Positions 19,636-30,213 of a stretch of 64,000 bases of DNA are shown piece after piece. Source of the stretch: Flavobacteriales bacterium (GTDB lineage Bacteria; Bacteroidota; Bacteroidia; Flavobacteriales_F; PHOS-HE28); the NCBI GenBank assembly GCA_041391825.1, contig JAWKNF010000008.1, positions 36,943-100,942 of the forward strand, in the 5' to 3' direction. Below the pieces are notes generated by a model, which was not told the DNA's origin, did not search any database, and worked only from the letters and a program-made list of their open reading frames with translations. A program made the translations under genes and the position numbers. Each line of letters begins with the position of its first letter. The first letter of the stretch is position 1.

Positions 19636-21081
19636 GATCTTATCCAAGGTCTCCAGCAAGAACCCCCAGAACTTCTGTACAGAGGGATTCTGGACGCGCT
19701 CATCGGGGAGTGTGCTCCCTTGATGTTCGGCCCAAAGGAGATCATTTCCATTTGCGGGTAGTTGGTGCCGAGAATTCCGCATTCCAATCCAGCGTGACAT
19801 GCCAGTACGTGAGGCTCACCATTGAAGCGCTTCCGGTAGATCTCGGACATCAATTTCACGATACCGGCCCCTGGACGAGGCGTCCAGCCTGGATAGGAGC
19901 CTGAGAATTCCACCTTTGCACCAGATCAGTTCGAACACCGCACGGATCGCCAGCGCTTCGTCCATCTTCTCGCTGTCCACCGAACTCCGTGTCAGGCACA
20001 TGGCGGTATAGTTGCCATCCTTCAGTTCAATGCGTGCCAGGTTGTTCGATGTTTGGGTAAGACCATCCACATCCGGGCTCATGCGGTAGATCCTGTTCGG
20101 ACAGGCCTGCACAGCACGCAGGAAACGAGCTTGATCTTCAGCGGCCATGCATTTGGCGGGCGTCTCCGCTGGACCGAGTTCGATCGATAGTTCCGGATCG
20201 GTGGAGAGGTATTCCGACTGGATCACACCTTTCAATTCCTCCAGTTCCGCTTTGAAGGTGTTCATCGTGGCTTCCGGTATAAGGATGGTGGCGACACTCT
20301 CGCGTGGTATCGCGTTCCGCAAGCTGCCGCCTTCGATCGCTGCCACTCGCAGGCGGTGGTGCTCACCGCTCAGCAGGATCCGGTTCATGATCTTGTTCGC
20401 ATTCCCCAGCCCCCGGTGGATATCCATGCCGGAATGGCCACCATTCAATCCGGAGACCACCAAGTTGAATGCCCTGAGGCCGTTGGGTGAGGCTTCCTCC
20501 TTGTATTTGCCCGAGGCAGTTACATCCACACCACCTGCGCAACCGATCGTCAACTCATCATCATCCTCGGTGTCAAGGTTCAGCATGATGCTGCCGTCAA
20601 GGAGCCCACCTTTCAGTTCGAACGCACCGGTCATCCCGGTCTCTTCATCGATCGTAAAGAGCGCCTCCAGCGGTGGGTGGGGGATCGCCGTGGAGGACAA
20701 CAGTGCCATGATCGCGGCCACTCCGATGCCATTGTCCGCACCGAGCGTTGTGCCTTCGGCCTTCACCCAATCCCCTTCCACCTTCATGCGGATGCCTTCT
20801 TCATCGAAGTCGAAGACCGTGTCGTTGTTCTTTTGGTGCACCATGTCCAGGTGGCTCTGCAGTACGACCGTTGTGGCCTTCTCCTTGCCCTTGGTACCGG
20901 GCTTCTTGATGATCACATTGCCGGCGTGGTCCACGTACGTTGATAGTCCGAGCCCTTCGCCGAATTCCTTGATGAATCGGATCACGCGCTCCTCTTTCTT
21001 GCTCGGCCGTGGCACGGCGTTGAGGTCGGCGAAGTGGTTCCAGAGGGCGGTGGGTTCGAGTGCGCGGATGGCTGCGTTCAA
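19636..21081 (-). CDS. pepD: Aminoacyl-histidine (Xaa-His) dipeptidase PepD, M20 family, interrupted by two single-base frameshifts (about 19690 and about 19900).
   Basis: HLDMV, GADNGIGVA, DEETGMTG, then in the shifted frame YPGWTPRPGAGIVKLMSEIY...AGLECGILGTNYPQMEMISFGPNIKGAHSP. The following DERVQNPSVQKFWGFLLETLDKI-stop needs one extra G at CCGAT. Confidence 0.75.
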
Positions 21082-21306
21082 AATGGTGGTGTTTCAGGTG
21101 ATATGATCCAGGCTCTCTTGCATGAGCGCCACTGTGCTTGCAAAGTAATCGCTGCGAAGGACATCGGCCGAACGAGGCCCGGATGGACCTGTGGGATGGT
21201 CGTGGTCGGAATGGTACAACTGTTCGTCACCGGCACCACTTCGCATCCCCGACGCGATCCCCCCCGGGCCTGGGCCCAGCTACTTTGGACCCGCCCCTCG
21301 AATCTC

Positions 21307-22554
21307 ATGGACCGTTCGATAGATCCCCGACCCGCGAAGAGGCGGAACCTGATCAGGTATGCCGGCATCGTCGTCCTCATGGTCATATTGAGTTGGTTGT
21401 TCGTGCGCGGATCAGGCACGGGTCGCGTTCGGGTCGAGGCAGCGAAAGTGCAGGTTGGCACGGTCGAAGAAGGCATGTTCCGCGAGTTCATCCCGGTGAC
21501 CGGAACAGTGCAGCCGATCCAGACCGTGTTCCTCGATGCGCCTGAGGGTGGCACGGTGAAGCACCGCTTCGTTGAGGATGGGCACATGGTACGGGCTGGG
21601 GAGCAGATCCTCGAATTGAGCAATCCACAACTCCACATGGACGCGATCAACCGCGAGGCACAATTGCTCGATCAACAGAACAATCTGCGCAACACGCGTC
21701 TCGCGATGGATCAGCAGACCACCCGCCTGAAGGATGAATTACTGGACCTGGACAAGGACCTTGTGCGACTGGAACGCGATGCGCGGATCGACGCGCGCTT
21801 GATGAAGGACTCGCTGATCGCGAAGAACACCTTCTTGAGCAACCAGGAACACCTGCACTACATGCGCGAGAAGCGCAAACTGCTGGCTCAGAACCTACGG
21901 ACCGATTCGATCTTCAGGCTTTCGCAGGTGGGGCAGATCGGTAGTTCCTTGGAGCTGATCCAGCAGAACCTGCAATTCCTGCGCGATAACTTGCAGAACC
22001 TGGTGATAAAGGCACCGATCGATGGCCAGCTCAGCGGCTTGAACGTAGAGATCGGCCAGACCAAGCAACGCGGGGAGCGGATCGGACAGATCGATGTGCT
22101 TGACGGTTTCAAGGTGCGCGCCAGGATACCGGAGCATTACGTAAGTCGTGTAAGCACCGGGCAGCGTGGAACGTTCGTACATGCCGGTAAGGAGCATGTG
22201 ATCGAGGTATTCAAGGTATTCCCCGAAGTGAGCAACGGGGAATTCGATGTGGACCTGCGGTTCGTCGGCGATATGCCCACGGATTTCCGGAGGGGACAGT
22301 CCTTCCAGGTGCGCTTGCAATTGAGCGAGGACCTCAAGGCCGTGATGCTGCCTCGTGGGCCGTTCTTCCAGGACACCGGGGGGCAATGGGTATATGTGAT
22401 CGATGCGGAAGGCACGGCCGTGAAGCGCGACGTGAAGCTTGGACGACAGAACCCTGACATGTACGAGGTGCTGGAAGGACTGCGACCAGGGGATCGCGTG
22501 GTGACCGGTCGATACTCCGCTTACAATAACGCCGACGAACTCATCATCAAGTAA
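21307..22554 (+). CDS. HlyD-family membrane fusion protein (MacA-like periplasmic adaptor).
   Basis: N-terminal TM helix, coiled-coil region and beta-barrel/lipoyl motifs. Lies directly upstream of the ABC ATPase. Confidence 0.75.
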   Translation: MDRSIDPRPAKRRNLIRYAGIVVLMVILSWLFVRGSGTGRVRVEAAKVQVGTVEEGMFREFIPVTGTVQPIQTVFLDAPEGGTVKHRFVEDGHMVRAGEQILELSNPQLHMDAINREAQLLDQQNNLRNTRLAMDQQTTRLKDELLDLDKDLVRLERDARIDARLMKDSLIAKNTFLSNQEHLHYMREKRKLLAQNLRTDSIFRLSQVGQIGSSLELIQQNLQFLRDNLQNLVIKAPIDGQLSGLNVEIGQTKQRGERIGQIDVLDGFKVRARIPEHYVSRVSTGQRGTFVHAGKEHVIEVFKVFPEVSNGEFDVDLRFVGDMPTDFRRGQSFQVRLQLSEDLKAVMLPRGPFFQDTGGQWVYVIDAEGTAVKRDVKLGRQNPDMYEVLEGLRPGDRVVTGRYSAYNNADELIIK

Positions 22555-22592
22555 GGCCTATCCCAGCATCGAACGAACCAAGACCAAGAACC

Positions 22593-23288
22593 ATGAACCT
22601 CCTGAGAACGCAACAGCTTTCCAAGGTCTACCGCACGGATACCGTGGAGACCACCGCTCTGAACAACGTGGACATCGAGATCGCGCAAGGGGAGTTCGTG
22701 GCGATCATGGGTCCCAGCGGTTGTGGCAAATCCACGCTCCTGAACATCATCGGATTGCTCGATGCCCCTAGCAGTGGAAATTACTTCGTGAGCGGCGAGG
22801 ATGTCAGCGCATACAACGAGCGTAGGCGGGCCGAGCTCAGGAAGAACACCATCGGTTTCGTGTTCCAAAGCTTCAATCTGATCGATGAGCTGACCGTTGA
22901 GGAGAACATCGAGTTGCCATTGATCTACACGGACCTACCGAAGGCCGAACGCAAACTGCGGACCGAGGAGGTGATGCAGCGGATGAACATCACCGCACGT
23001 GCCAAACACTTCCCGCAGCAACTCAGCGGTGGCCAGCAGCAGCGTGTGGCCATCGCGCGAGCGGTGGTGAACCGTCCGAAGCTCATCCTTGCTGATGAGC
23101 CCACCGGTAATCTGGACAGTGCGATGGGCGAGGAGGTGATGGACCTGCTCGCTGAACTGAACAAGGCCGGCACCACCATCGTGATCGTGACCCATAGCAT
23201 GCGCGATGCCGGCTACGCACAGCGGACGATCAAACTGCTAGATGGACGGATCGTGGATGCTTCCGTACCCACGAGCGCACTGCTGTGA
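22593..23288 (+). CDS. ABC transporter ATP-binding protein (MacB/LolD-type).
   Basis: Walker A GPSGCGKST, signature LSGGQQQRVAIARA, Walker B ILADEPTGNLD. Confidence 0.9.
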   Translation: MNLLRTQQLSKVYRTDTVETTALNNVDIEIAQGEFVAIMGPSGCGKSTLLNIIGLLDAPSSGNYFVSGEDVSAYNERRRAELRKNTIGFVFQSFNLIDELTVEENIELPLIYTDLPKAERKLRTEEVMQRMNITARAKHFPQQLSGGQQQRVAIARAVVNRPKLILADEPTGNLDSAMGEEVMDLLAELNKAGTTIVIVTHSMRDAGYAQRTIKLLDGRIVDASVPTSALL

Positions 23289-23338
23289 AGAAGAGGGAAT
23301 TGGAACCCGATGGATGCTAGCAACGGAACCCGAACATC

Positions 23339-25774
23339 ATGCTTCGCAATTACATCCTGATCGCTTGGCGCACGCTGATGCGTGACAAGCTATTCGCGGC
23401 CCTCAACATCATCGGGCTGGCGATCGGTATCGTGGCGTGCATGCTCATCTATATCCATGTGCAGGATGAACTCAGCTTTGATGCGCACCACACGAAAGCC
23501 GATCGCATATACCGTATTCAGGCGCATTACAAGTTCGGTGATACGGAGGATGACTTCGGGATCACGCCCTTCCCGATCATGGAAGCCCTGCTGGCGGATT
23601 ACCCGGACATCGAACAGGGCGTGTCCCTCCTGCAACTTGGTAACACCACCTTGGAGTATGAAGGAAAACCTTATGTCGCCGAGGACGCATACAATGCTGA
23701 TACGAGCACTTTCCGGGTCTTCGATTTTACTTGGGTGAAAGGTGGTCCAGAGGCCTTGGACGAGCCGGACAACATCGTGATCATGCAGGAGATGGCCACG
23801 CGCATGTTCGGCGCGGAAGACCCGATCGGCAAACTTGTAACGCGCAACGGTCGTAGCTTGAAGGTGGCCGGAGTTATCGATGAGATGGCGGAGAACACGC
23901 ACATTCCCATGGGTGTGTTCATGAGCCGCTTGGGCATGTCCCCTGAGGCCAGGGAGCAACTCGGCCAGAGCTGGGGCAACAACAGTTGCTACAACTACCT
24001 GGTGCTGGGCGCCGGTGTGGACGAGGTCGCTTTCCAGGGCAAGATGGATGCGTTCGTGAGCAAGTACATCGTGCCGCAATGGGGTGGCGAGGACTTCCAT
24101 GGTGACATCCGCTTCAACCTCGAGCCCCTGCGTGAAGTGCACTTCAACAACGACCTGATCTACGATACACCGAAGAAGGGGAACAAGGCGTATGTGACCC
24201 TCTTTGCCATCGTGGCATTCCTGATCCTTGCCATCGCTTGCATCAATTACATCAACATGAGCACCGCCGATGCCACACGTCGCGCCAAGGAAGTGGCCTT
24301 GCGGAAGGTGAGCGGCGCCCAGCGGGGACAGCTCGTCGCGCAGTTCATCGGCGGCAGCGTGATGATCGCCGTGATCGCGATCCTTGTCGCCCTGGTGCTG
24401 CTGTGGCTGCTACTGCCGGCCTTCAATGGTCTGACAGGCAAGGAGGTCGGCATGGACCATCTGTTGCGTGGAGGTTTCGTTGGCGTCGTTCTCTTGATCG
24501 TGCTGGTGATCGGTGTGCTTGCGGGTAGCTATCCGGCATTCTTCCTGAGCCGGTTCAGTCCGCAAATACTCTTGAAGGAAGGGGTGATCGGTGGAGCCGG
24601 GAAGGGCAGGGTCCGAAAGGTCCTGATGGGTGTTCAATTCGGAATAGCGCTGTTCATGGTCGTGGGCACGCTGGCGGTCTTCGCCCAGTTGCATTGGTTG
24701 CGTACCTCGGATATGGGCTTTCGCAAGGAGAATCTGCTCAACATAAGAATGCCACTGCCGCAGGGGCCGGATACCCTTGCTTGGGACGCGTTGCGTACGG
24801 TGAAGACCGAACTGATGCGTGAGAGTTTCGTCATCGGCGCATCGTTCACGCAGAACCTCCCCGGGCAGAGCGGAGGACGATGGGTGTTGCAGGCCAACAC
24901 TCCTGAGGGTCGGATCGACAAGCCCATGCCTACCATGAGCACTGATGCCGACTTCCCCGCATTGCTCGACGTGGAACTCGTGACCGGCCGGTACTTCGAT
25001 CCCGCGATACCGAGCGACGCGAACAACGCCGTGATGGTGAATGAAAGCGCGGTCCGAGCCTTCGGATGGATCGATCCGCTGGCCGAAAAGATCTTTGTCG
25101 GTGGTGACGAAGAAGCCGATCCACCGCAACCAGAGCAGGAACTCGCCGTGATCGGCGTTGTGAAGGACTTCCACTACACGAGCCTGCACACACCGATCGA
25201 ACCATTGGTGATGTTCCAAAGCAGTCAGCGCTATGGTGCGCAGAATTTGGTGCTGCGCCTAAGTCCCGGGGACGTCCAAGCTCAGTTGACCACTTTACAA
25301 GCCGACTGGAAGCGTTTGTTCCCGAACGATGATTGGGAGGCCGTGTTCCTGACGGACAGCATCGCGAGGTTGTATGAAACTGAGGACAAGTTGTTCCGTG
25401 TGTTCACCGCCTTCGCCGTGCTAACCATACTGCTCACCGTAATGGGCCTTTATGGTCTTGCTTACTTCACGGCGGAACAACGCACACGGGAGATCGGCAT
25501 CAGGCGGGTCATGGGAGCGCCGCTCTTGGACATCGTGCGGCGGATGAACCGGGATTTCGTCGTCCTTCTTGTGCTGGCCACCATCGTCGCGTTTCCTCTC
25601 GCGGTGTATGCGATCGGACGTTGGCTGGAGAGCTTCGCTTATCACGCGACGATCTCACCGCTGCTCTACCTCGCTGCCTTCCTGATCACCTTGTTGGTCA
25701 CCGTCGTAACCGTCACCATTCAAGCATACAAGGCCGCGATCGCCGACCCCGTCAAAGCGCTTCGACATGAATGA
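23339..25774 (+). CDS. ABC transporter permease, FtsX/MacB-type (DUF214), 811 aa.
   Basis: MacB_PCD-like N-terminal region and two FtsX 4-TM modules. The frame is uninterrupted. Confidence 0.85.
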   Translation: MLRNYILIAWRTLMRDKLFAALNIIGLAIGIVACMLIYIHVQDELSFDAHHTKADRIYRIQAHYKFGDTEDDFGITPFPIMEALLADYPDIEQGVSLLQLGNTTLEYEGKPYVAEDAYNADTSTFRVFDFTWVKGGPEALDEPDNIVIMQEMATRMFGAEDPIGKLVTRNGRSLKVAGVIDEMAENTHIPMGVFMSRLGMSPEAREQLGQSWGNNSCYNYLVLGAGVDEVAFQGKMDAFVSKYIVPQWGGEDFHGDIRFNLEPLREVHFNNDLIYDTPKKGNKAYVTLFAIVAFLILAIACINYINMSTADATRRAKEVALRKVSGAQRGQLVAQFIGGSVMIAVIAILVALVLLWLLLPAFNGLTGKEVGMDHLLRGGFVGVVLLIVLVIGVLAGSYPAFFLSRFSPQILLKEGVIGGAGKGRVRKVLMGVQFGIALFMVVGTLAVFAQLHWLRTSDMGFRKENLLNIRMPLPQGPDTLAWDALRTVKTELMRESFVIGASFTQNLPGQSGGRWVLQANTPEGRIDKPMPTMSTDADFPALLDVELVTGRYFDPAIPSDANNAVMVNESAVRAFGWIDPLAEKIFVGGDEEADPPQPEQELAVIGVVKDFHYTSLHTPIEPLVMFQSSQRYGAQNLVLRLSPGDVQAQLTTLQADWKRLFPNDDWEAVFLTDSIARLYETEDKLFRVFTAFAVLTILLTVMGLYGLAYFTAEQRTREIGIRRVMGAPLLDIVRRMNRDFVVLLVLATIVAFPLAVYAIGRWLESFAYHATISPLLYLAAFLITLLVTVVTVTIQAYKAAIADPVKALRHE

Positions 25775-25786
25775 TCCCTGGTCGCC

Positions 25787-28195
25787 ATGCTGAAGAACAT
25801 CCTCCTGACAGGCCTGCGCAACTTGGCGCGCAACAAGCTCTACACGCTCATCAACCTGTTGGGTCTGGCCACGGGCATCGCCTGTTTCGTGCTCATCGGG
25901 CTTTATGTCCGGTATGAACGGAGCTATGATCGCTTCGTACCGCATGCGGATCGGGTGCATCGCGTGGTGGGCGAGATCGAGATGGAAGGGCAGGGGGAGC
26001 ACAGTAGCAGCATGGTCTTCGGCCTGGGGCCCACCTTGCTACTGGACCATCCCGAACTCATCGATACGTACTGCCGTTGGTTCGATTTCCAGGATCCGCA
26101 ACACTCCCTGAAAGTGGGTGATAGCCTCAGCACGAACAAGCTATTCACCGAGACCGGACTGTATCTGGTGGACAGTACCGTATTCGAATTGTTCGGTTAC
26201 CCGTTGAAGATCGGCGACCCGAACAGTGCCCTTGCCCGACCGGGGAGCATCGTGCTTAGCGAAGCGCTCGCGAAGAAGTACTTCGGCGATGAGGATCCGA
26301 TGGGGCAATTGATGAAATGGGACGGCACCATGGATGTGCAGGTCACGGGCATCTTGGGTGAGGTCCCGACCAATTCACACATCCGATTCGAAGGCCTTGT
26401 CAGCATGGGTACCATTCTTCAGTATTGGCAGAACATAGAGAAGAACAACTGGGTATGGAACCCGTGCTGGACCTATGTGCGCCTACAGGAGAACGTCAGC
26501 GTTGCGGAAGTGGATCGCATCTTCCCTTCATTCATCCAGAAATACTATCCGGACTTCCTCAAGGACCAGGTCGGTCACCAACTGCAAGCCATCACGGATA
26601 TCCACCTCACGTCGAAGCTTGATTTTGAAATGCACCAGAACGGCGATGCAGGCAGTGTGAACATCCTTTGGGCCATCGGCTTTTTCATCCTCATCCTTGC
26701 CGGCGTGAATTTCATGAACTTGGCCACCGCGCGCAGCGCTTACCGTGCACGCGAGGTGGGTGTGCGCAAAGCGGCCGGAGCGACGCGAGGGCAGCTGATC
26801 GCCCAATTCCTGCTGGAGAGCATGTTTATGAGCGTGATCGCCGCAGTGGTCGCTTTGCTGTTGATCAAGTTGCTGATGCCGGCATTCAATGTCCTTGCCG
26901 GGGAAGCGATCACCTGGCCTGCGATGGTGGTCCCGGTCGTGCTTGGCATCGCATTGGTGCTGGGAGTGTTGAGCGGGGTATACCCGGCCTTCTTTCTTTC
27001 TTCGTTCCGGCCGGCCTTGGTGCTGAAGGGGAACACAGGAAGCAGTACGCGCGGGCAGGCGCTGCGCAGGGGGTTGGTCGTGGTGCAATTCGCCATTGCG
27101 CTGGTGCTGATCATCGGAACTGTGTTCGTTCATAAGCAGCACGACCATTTGATGCAGGTCGATCTGGGGTTCGACAAGGAGCAGGTGATGCTGATCCCTG
27201 TTCGCGCGCCCATGGCGAATGTGTACACAGCGATCTTCCCGGAACTGAAGAACATCAGCGGTGTCAAAGCGGTCTCTTGGGCGAACGACATCCTCGGCAA
27301 GAAGCACAACACGCACGAATTCAATTGGGGTGTCATGGAGCAGGGCAAGTGGACCTACCTGCCGGCGCTTTACGTGAACGAGGACTTCAATGATGTGGCC
27401 CATATCGACCTGCTGGCTGGCCGCTGGTTCTCACGTGACTACCCCGGTGACGATTCCCTGAGCGTGATCGTGAATGAGACCTTTGCGCGACAGACACACC
27501 CCGACGATCCAGCCAAGGCCATCGGCGATCGCATGGATACACCGCATGGCGAAGAGCGTATCATCGGTGTGGCGCGGGACTTCGCCTTCGATCCCTTGTT
27601 CAAGGCCGTGCAACCTTTCGTGTTCGACATGTGCCAGCCGAACGATCGTGGTCAATGGATCCGTTACATCTATCTGCGCTTGGAGGCGGGTGACCCGACA
27701 CCGGTCATCGCTGCGGCACGCGAAGAGTGGAATGCACGTACAACCGAGTTCCCCTTCGAGTACCAGTTCTTGGATGAGCAATTGAACATGCAGTATGCCG
27801 CACAAGGGCGGCTGGCGCAGCTCATCGGGCTCTTTTCTTTGCTGGCTGTGTTCATCGCATGCCTGGGACTGTTCGCCCTGGCGAGTTGGACGGCTGAAAA
27901 GCGGACACGAGAGATCGGTATCCGCAAGGTGATGGGCGCTGACACGTTGCAGGTCACCTATCTGGTGACCCGGGACTTCCTGTTGCTCGTTCTCATCGGT
28001 GCGGTGCTGGCCATTCCACTGGCCTGGTTCGGTGTAGGCCGTTGGCTTGAGAATTTCGCATTCCGCACGGCTATCGATCCAATGGTATTCATCGGCGCGG
28101 CCTTGGTCGTGCTCTTGATCGCTGCATTCACGGTCAGCTTTCGGGCCGTTCAAGCAGCGCGGACCGATCCTGTTCGGGCGCTAAGGCATGAGTGA
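25787..28195 (+). CDS. ABC transporter permease, FtsX/MacB-type (DUF214), 802 aa; paralog of the preceding gene.
   Basis: Same architecture as the preceding gene. It ends with the same DPVRALRHE motif. Confidence 0.85.
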   Translation: MLKNILLTGLRNLARNKLYTLINLLGLATGIACFVLIGLYVRYERSYDRFVPHADRVHRVVGEIEMEGQGEHSSSMVFGLGPTLLLDHPELIDTYCRWFDFQDPQHSLKVGDSLSTNKLFTETGLYLVDSTVFELFGYPLKIGDPNSALARPGSIVLSEALAKKYFGDEDPMGQLMKWDGTMDVQVTGILGEVPTNSHIRFEGLVSMGTILQYWQNIEKNNWVWNPCWTYVRLQENVSVAEVDRIFPSFIQKYYPDFLKDQVGHQLQAITDIHLTSKLDFEMHQNGDAGSVNILWAIGFFILILAGVNFMNLATARSAYRAREVGVRKAAGATRGQLIAQFLLESMFMSVIAAVVALLLIKLLMPAFNVLAGEAITWPAMVVPVVLGIALVLGVLSGVYPAFFLSSFRPALVLKGNTGSSTRGQALRRGLVVVQFAIALVLIIGTVFVHKQHDHLMQVDLGFDKEQVMLIPVRAPMANVYTAIFPELKNISGVKAVSWANDILGKKHNTHEFNWGVMEQGKWTYLPALYVNEDFNDVAHIDLLAGRWFSRDYPGDDSLSVIVNETFARQTHPDDPAKAIGDRMDTPHGEERIIGVARDFAFDPLFKAVQPFVFDMCQPNDRGQWIRYIYLRLEAGDPTPVIAAAREEWNARTTEFPFEYQFLDEQLNMQYAAQGRLAQLIGLFSLLAVFIACLGLFALASWTAEKRTREIGIRKVMGADTLQVTYLVTRDFLLLVLIGAVLAIPLAWFGVGRWLENFAFRTAIDPMVFIGAALVVLLIAAFTVSFRAVQAARTDPVRALRHE

Positions 28196-28227
28196 GCGAT
28201 CCGGCATGTTCCATTGATCCGCCGCGG

Positions 28228-29052
28228 TCATCTGTCGAAAGTGGACAGCGGTGTCTGGGCCCCGGTATCACCTACCGTGCCGAGGTCCTTGCGGAGCAGG
28301 CGTTGAATGTTACGGGAGCGTTCGATGAGCTTTTCTTGCTCTTCCGCCACCCACCACACCCCAGCATAATAGGTGGCCAATAGATTACCCAGTTCGATCT
28401 TCAAGGGGTGCGAGGCCGGAAGGTCCCAGAACGGTAGGGGTGGACGTTTGACCACGTGCAGGCCGGTGAGCGAAGGTGGTGCCCAATCGCTCAGGATCCG
28501 GATGTTGTCCAAGTGCGTGTTCACGAAGGGCGTGTAGAGGTCGGTCCATTGGTCCGTGACACCGATGGCCTCGATGCTGTTCACCAGATCCACCGAAGCG
28601 TAGAAGTCAACGATCGCTCTTTTCACGGAGTCGTTCCGCAGGAGCTTCAGGTTGCCCGATGACTCCATCTCCTTGTAGATATTGGACGTCAGCACGGTAG
28701 TGACGATGGTCATCGTTCGCGCGAGGTCGAAGTGCATGGTGTCCATGTTCGAGCCACCTGGTCCCTTTGCCAGTTCGGCAATGATCCGGTTCGCGGCCTT
28801 CAGCGCCTCGCGGTTCGAAACGGCCAAGCCTGCAAGTACCCTTGAATTGAGTTGGCTTTCTTCCAAGAGCGCGGTCATGTATTCGCGTTCCTCAGCCCGC
28901 GCCAGTCGGTCCGCGTTCCAGTTGTTCAATTGCAGCGCGATCAATATCCCGATCACGACCAGCACGATCTCACCGACCGCGTAAAGCAGATATCGGGAGA
29001 ACGTGTTCCGGGAAAGCAAGCGCTGGCGGATGGATCGGAAGAAGCGGATCAT
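28228..29052 (-). CDS. DUF6090-like single-pass membrane protein, paralog 6 (unlinked copy).
   Basis: MIRFFRSIRQRLLSRNTFSRYLLYAVGEIVLVVIGILIALQLNNWN. Confidence 0.7.
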   Translation of the reverse strand: MIRFFRSIRQRLLSRNTFSRYLLYAVGEIVLVVIGILIALQLNNWNADRLARAEEREYMTALLEESQLNSRVLAGLAVSNREALKAANRIIAELAKGPGGSNMDTMHFDLARTMTIVTTVLTSNIYKEMESSGNLKLLRNDSVKRAIVDFYASVDLVNSIEAIGVTDQWTDLYTPFVNTHLDNIRILSDWAPPSLTGLHVVKRPPLPFWDLPASHPLKIELGNLLATYYAGVWWVAEEQEKLIERSRNIQRLLRKDLGTVGDTGAQTPLSTFDR

Positions 29053-29175
29053 GGTGGGCAACACAAGATGCGAGATCGGCTTGGAAGATGGACAATTGGC
29101 GATCAGTACTTGCTGTAGGGGATGACATGCTCAGGGCTCCATGCGTTTTCGCTTCCCTGTCCGTATTTTGCTGTC

Positions 29176-29619
29176 ATGCCGACTGATACGGAGATCTTCA
29201 CCAGCAAGGTCGCATTGCGCTGGGCGGACATCGATGCGAACTTCCATGTGCGCCATACGGTCTTCTATGACTTGGGGTCGGAGCAACGCATCCGGTTGTT
29301 GGGTGAGCTTGGAGCGCCCTTGAGCGACATGCAGTTGAACGGTTACGGTCCGGTGCTCTTCCGAGAGGAATGCCGCTTCCTCAAGGAGGTGAAGCTGGAG
29401 GACAGTGTACAGATCACCGTCTCCATTCGTGGGTTGAGCAAGGACCATCGGAAGTTCGGATGGCGCCACGTGCTCGAGCGCAACGGTGAGACCTGTGCGA
29501 TCGTGGAGGTGGACGGCGCATGGTTCGATAGCCGTACGCGGAAGGTCTTCGTACCACCGCAACAAGTGGTTGATGCCATGGATCGCTTTCCGCGCTCCGA
29601 GGATTTCGTTTGGATCTAG
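29176..29619 (+). CDS. Acyl-CoA thioesterase, hotdog fold (4HBT-like).
   Basis: MPTDTEIFTSKVALRWADIDANFHVRHTVFYDL... matches the YbgC/4HBT pattern. Confidence 0.65.
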   Translation: MPTDTEIFTSKVALRWADIDANFHVRHTVFYDLGSEQRIRLLGELGAPLSDMQLNGYGPVLFREECRFLKEVKLEDSVQITVSIRGLSKDHRKFGWRHVLERNGETCAIVEVDGAWFDSRTRKVFVPPQQVVDAMDRFPRSEDFVWI

Positions 29620-29643
29620 CTGCGATCGATCACCTGCGCCGGA

Positions 29644-30213
29644 TCACCAGACCAGGTCCGACCCGTAGGGCGCGGTGGCGATCACGTGCACGGAAACGTA
29701 CTGCGTGAGCGGGTCCACATCGACCCTGAACGCGGTCAGGGTGTACGCTTCCGTCGTTCCCGTACGGGCTATGAAGGTCGAATAGCGCAGGTCGGGTGGC
29801 GGGGCCTGTATCCCGCGGGCCGCACCGCCATAGGCCCTGAATGTTGCCAGCACTTCGCCGAAGATCCAGCGCCGGTCCGTGTGATGCGGGTCCTCTTCCA
29901 GCGCACTGTGCAACAGTGTGCCATGTGCACCGAGCTGCGCGGGGATTTCGGCCTCGCCGCTGTTGTCCGAACGCATCAGCAGCGTGCCGGCAGCGCATTG
30001 TACCACCGTGCTGCAATGCCCGCTACTGCTCGGAACATCATCCGTGCCTTCCGATCGGCCGGTGATGATCAGGTCCGGGATATGGTCACCGGTCAGGTCG
30101 ACTTCGAGGTAGGGAAGGACGCCACATGGATCCATGAGGTACAGATCGTCGCCCGGTTGTGCACAGAGCAGTGTACACCAGATGGATCCGATCAAGAGGA
30201 ATGTCGTTCTCAT
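29644..30213 (-). CDS. Secreted hypothetical protein.
   Basis: Signal peptide MRTTFLLIGSIWCTLLCAQ. The ATGA overlaps the upstream gene. Confidence 0.5.
   Translation of the reverse strand: MRTTFLLIGSIWCTLLCAQPGDDLYLMDPCGVLPYLEVDLTGDHIPDLIITGRSEGTDDVPSSSGHCSTVVQCAAGTLLMRSDNSGEAEIPAQLGAHGTLLHSALEEDPHHTDRRWIFGEVLATFRAYGGAARGIQAPPPDLRYSTFIARTGTTEAYTLTAFRVDVDPLTQYVSVHVIATAPYGSDLVW

Noticed and set aside
23390-24142. 250-aa minus-strand ORF.
   Set aside because: Antisense to FtsX permease 1, which has clear family motifs on the plus strand.
26528-27403. 291-aa minus-strand ORF.
   Set aside because: Antisense to FtsX permease 2.
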